Shown here piece by piece: positions 60,747 through 61,835 of a stretch of DNA of 61,835 nucleotides. The notes below the pieces were generated by a model. That model was not told where the DNA came from. It saw nothing but the letters and a program-made list of their open reading frames with translations, and ran no database searches. The DNA is from a virus. Its lineage: Duplodnaviria; Caudoviricetes. Both the position numbers and the translations under genes were made by a program. The stretch is from positions 1-61,835 of the IMG/VR virus record IMGVR_UViG_3300044816_000047. One strand, written 5' to 3'. The first letter of the stretch is position 1. The number at the start of each line of letters is the position of its first letter.

Positions 60747-61835
60747 TGGCAAGCCTTCTCCCAATCCCGATCGCGCCTCCCGGCGGCGTGGTCAAGACGG
60801 AATCAGGACGTATTGCAGAGGGGCGGTTCACGGACAGCCTGAATATCCGCTTCGTGATGGGGACGGATGGCAAGGCGCGACCGCAGAAAAAAGGCGGATG
60901 GACGCGCGCGAGCACGGCGATCTCGACCGGCATCATCCGGTCGACCAAGGCGTGGCAGTCGCTCGCGGGCAATACGTTCTATGCGGCTGGCACCAACCAG
61001 CGGCTTTACGTCTACAACAGCCAGTTCGCCCAGACCGATATCACGCCGATTGAATCGTCTGGCACGCTCGGCACCAACCCGTTCACCACCACGAACGGGT
61101 CTAGCATCGTCACGGTGGCGCACAACGCGCACGGTCGAAACATCGGCGATGGCGTTTATTATCCGGGGTCGAGCACGGGCGGCGGCGTGACGGTTACAGG
61201 GGTCTATCCCATTACGTCGATCACGGCCAACACCTATACGTTCACGGCGACAACAGCGACCTCGGCGGCATCCTTCGGTACGGGCGCGGCCTACCAGTTC
61301 TTGGTGGCGAGCGGCGTCGACGTGGCGTCCTTTCCAACCGGCGTCGGCATCGGTGGCTGGGGCGTCGGCGCTTGGGGCGTCTCGCAAACTGCGACCGCGA
61401 TCTTCAATGAACCGCGCATCTGGTCGCTGGATAATTTCGGCCAGATCTTGATTGCCTCCTACAATGGAGGGTCGATCTACACGTTTGATCCGTCCATTAC
61501 GTTTGTGCGGGCTGCGAAAATCTCGACGGCCCCGACCGATTGCCGTTTTGCCTTCGTGACGCCGGAGCGCTATGTCATGGCGCTTCGAGCGGGCATGGTG
61601 CTCTCCTGGTGCAATCAGGGCGACTACACGGTCTGGACGCCAGCCGTTGGCAATACCGCGAACACGCGGACGCTGACCGACGGCAGCAAACTGATCGCCG
61701 GCAAGGTCCTTGGGCCTCGTTTGAATATGATCTGGTCTGACACGGCCTGCTACCTCAACCAGTGGACCGGCGACGCCTATGTCTATTCGACCGATCTGGT
61801 GGGTCGCAATTGCGGGCTAATTTCTCCGAACGCCG
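60746..61835 (+). CDS. Podovirus tail nozzle / packaged-DNA stabilisation protein (P22 gp10-like), 5' part; continues over the origin to 819 (~593 aa)
   Basis: ATG at 60746 overlaps the upstream TAA; MASLLPIPIAPPGGVVKTES...FTDSLNIRF, WSLDNFGQILIA; in frame with ORF 13..819; lies between adaptor and ejection genes. Confidence 0.75.
   Translation, partial: MASLLPIPIAPPGGVVKTESGRIAEGRFTDSLNIRFVMGTDGKARPQKKGGWTRASTAISTGIIRSTKAWQSLAGNTFYAAGTNQRLYVYNSQFAQTDITPIESSGTLGTNPFTTTNGSSIVTVAHNAHGRNIGDGVYYPGSSTGGGVTVTGVYPITSITANTYTFTATTATSAASFGTGAAYQFLVASGVDVASFPTGVGIGGWGVGAWGVSQTATAIFNEPRIWSLDNFGQILIASYNGGSIYTFDPSITFVRAAKISTAPTDCRFAFVTPERYVMALRAGMVLSWCNQGDYTVWTPAVGNTANTRTLTDGSKLIAGKVLGPRLNMIWSDTACYLNQWTGDAYVYSTDLVGRNCGLISPNA

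Noticed and set aside
61709-61835. 127-bp terminal direct repeat as a physical genome end
   Set aside because: The length equals a common assembler k-mer and it falls mid-gene; it indicates circular assembly, not a biological terminal repeat.

Overview
The window is a complete, circularly assembled genome (61,708 bp plus a 127-nt end overlap, 1-127 = 61709-61835) of a temperate, probably podovirus-like phage of an alphaproteobacterial host (inferred Bradyrhizobiaceae/Rhizobiales). Modules: tail and ejection proteins, a small antisense moron, lysis cassette, candidate attP/integrase/excisionase, leftward early recombination operon (ERF, YqaJ, NinB-like), a lambda-like cI/cro switch with readable operators and promoters, replication gene with iterons, late control region, terminase, fibre-like genes, portal, scaffold and capsid. 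Main results read from the sequence: (1) the N4-gp56-like major capsid gene is split into three exons by two group I introns whose splice sites, P1/P10, P3, P7 and P9 can be paired base by base. One intron carries an HNH endonuclease on the antisense strand overlapping its internal guide sequence, the other carries a sense HNH, and a free-standing paralogous HNH follows the last exon. (2) A ~50-aa basic microprotein occurs twice (first gene after PL, and just upstream of the endolysin), with 28 identical C-terminal residues but 10 synonymous differences. (3) A 1,960-bp IS1595/ISSod11-group element carrying phage-like passenger genes sits between a gene's Shine-Dalgarno sequence and start codon. 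(4) An ATGA-coupled operon encodes three tiny membrane proteins plus a DUF1902/HicB-like protein. Family names come from motif recognition, not database searches.
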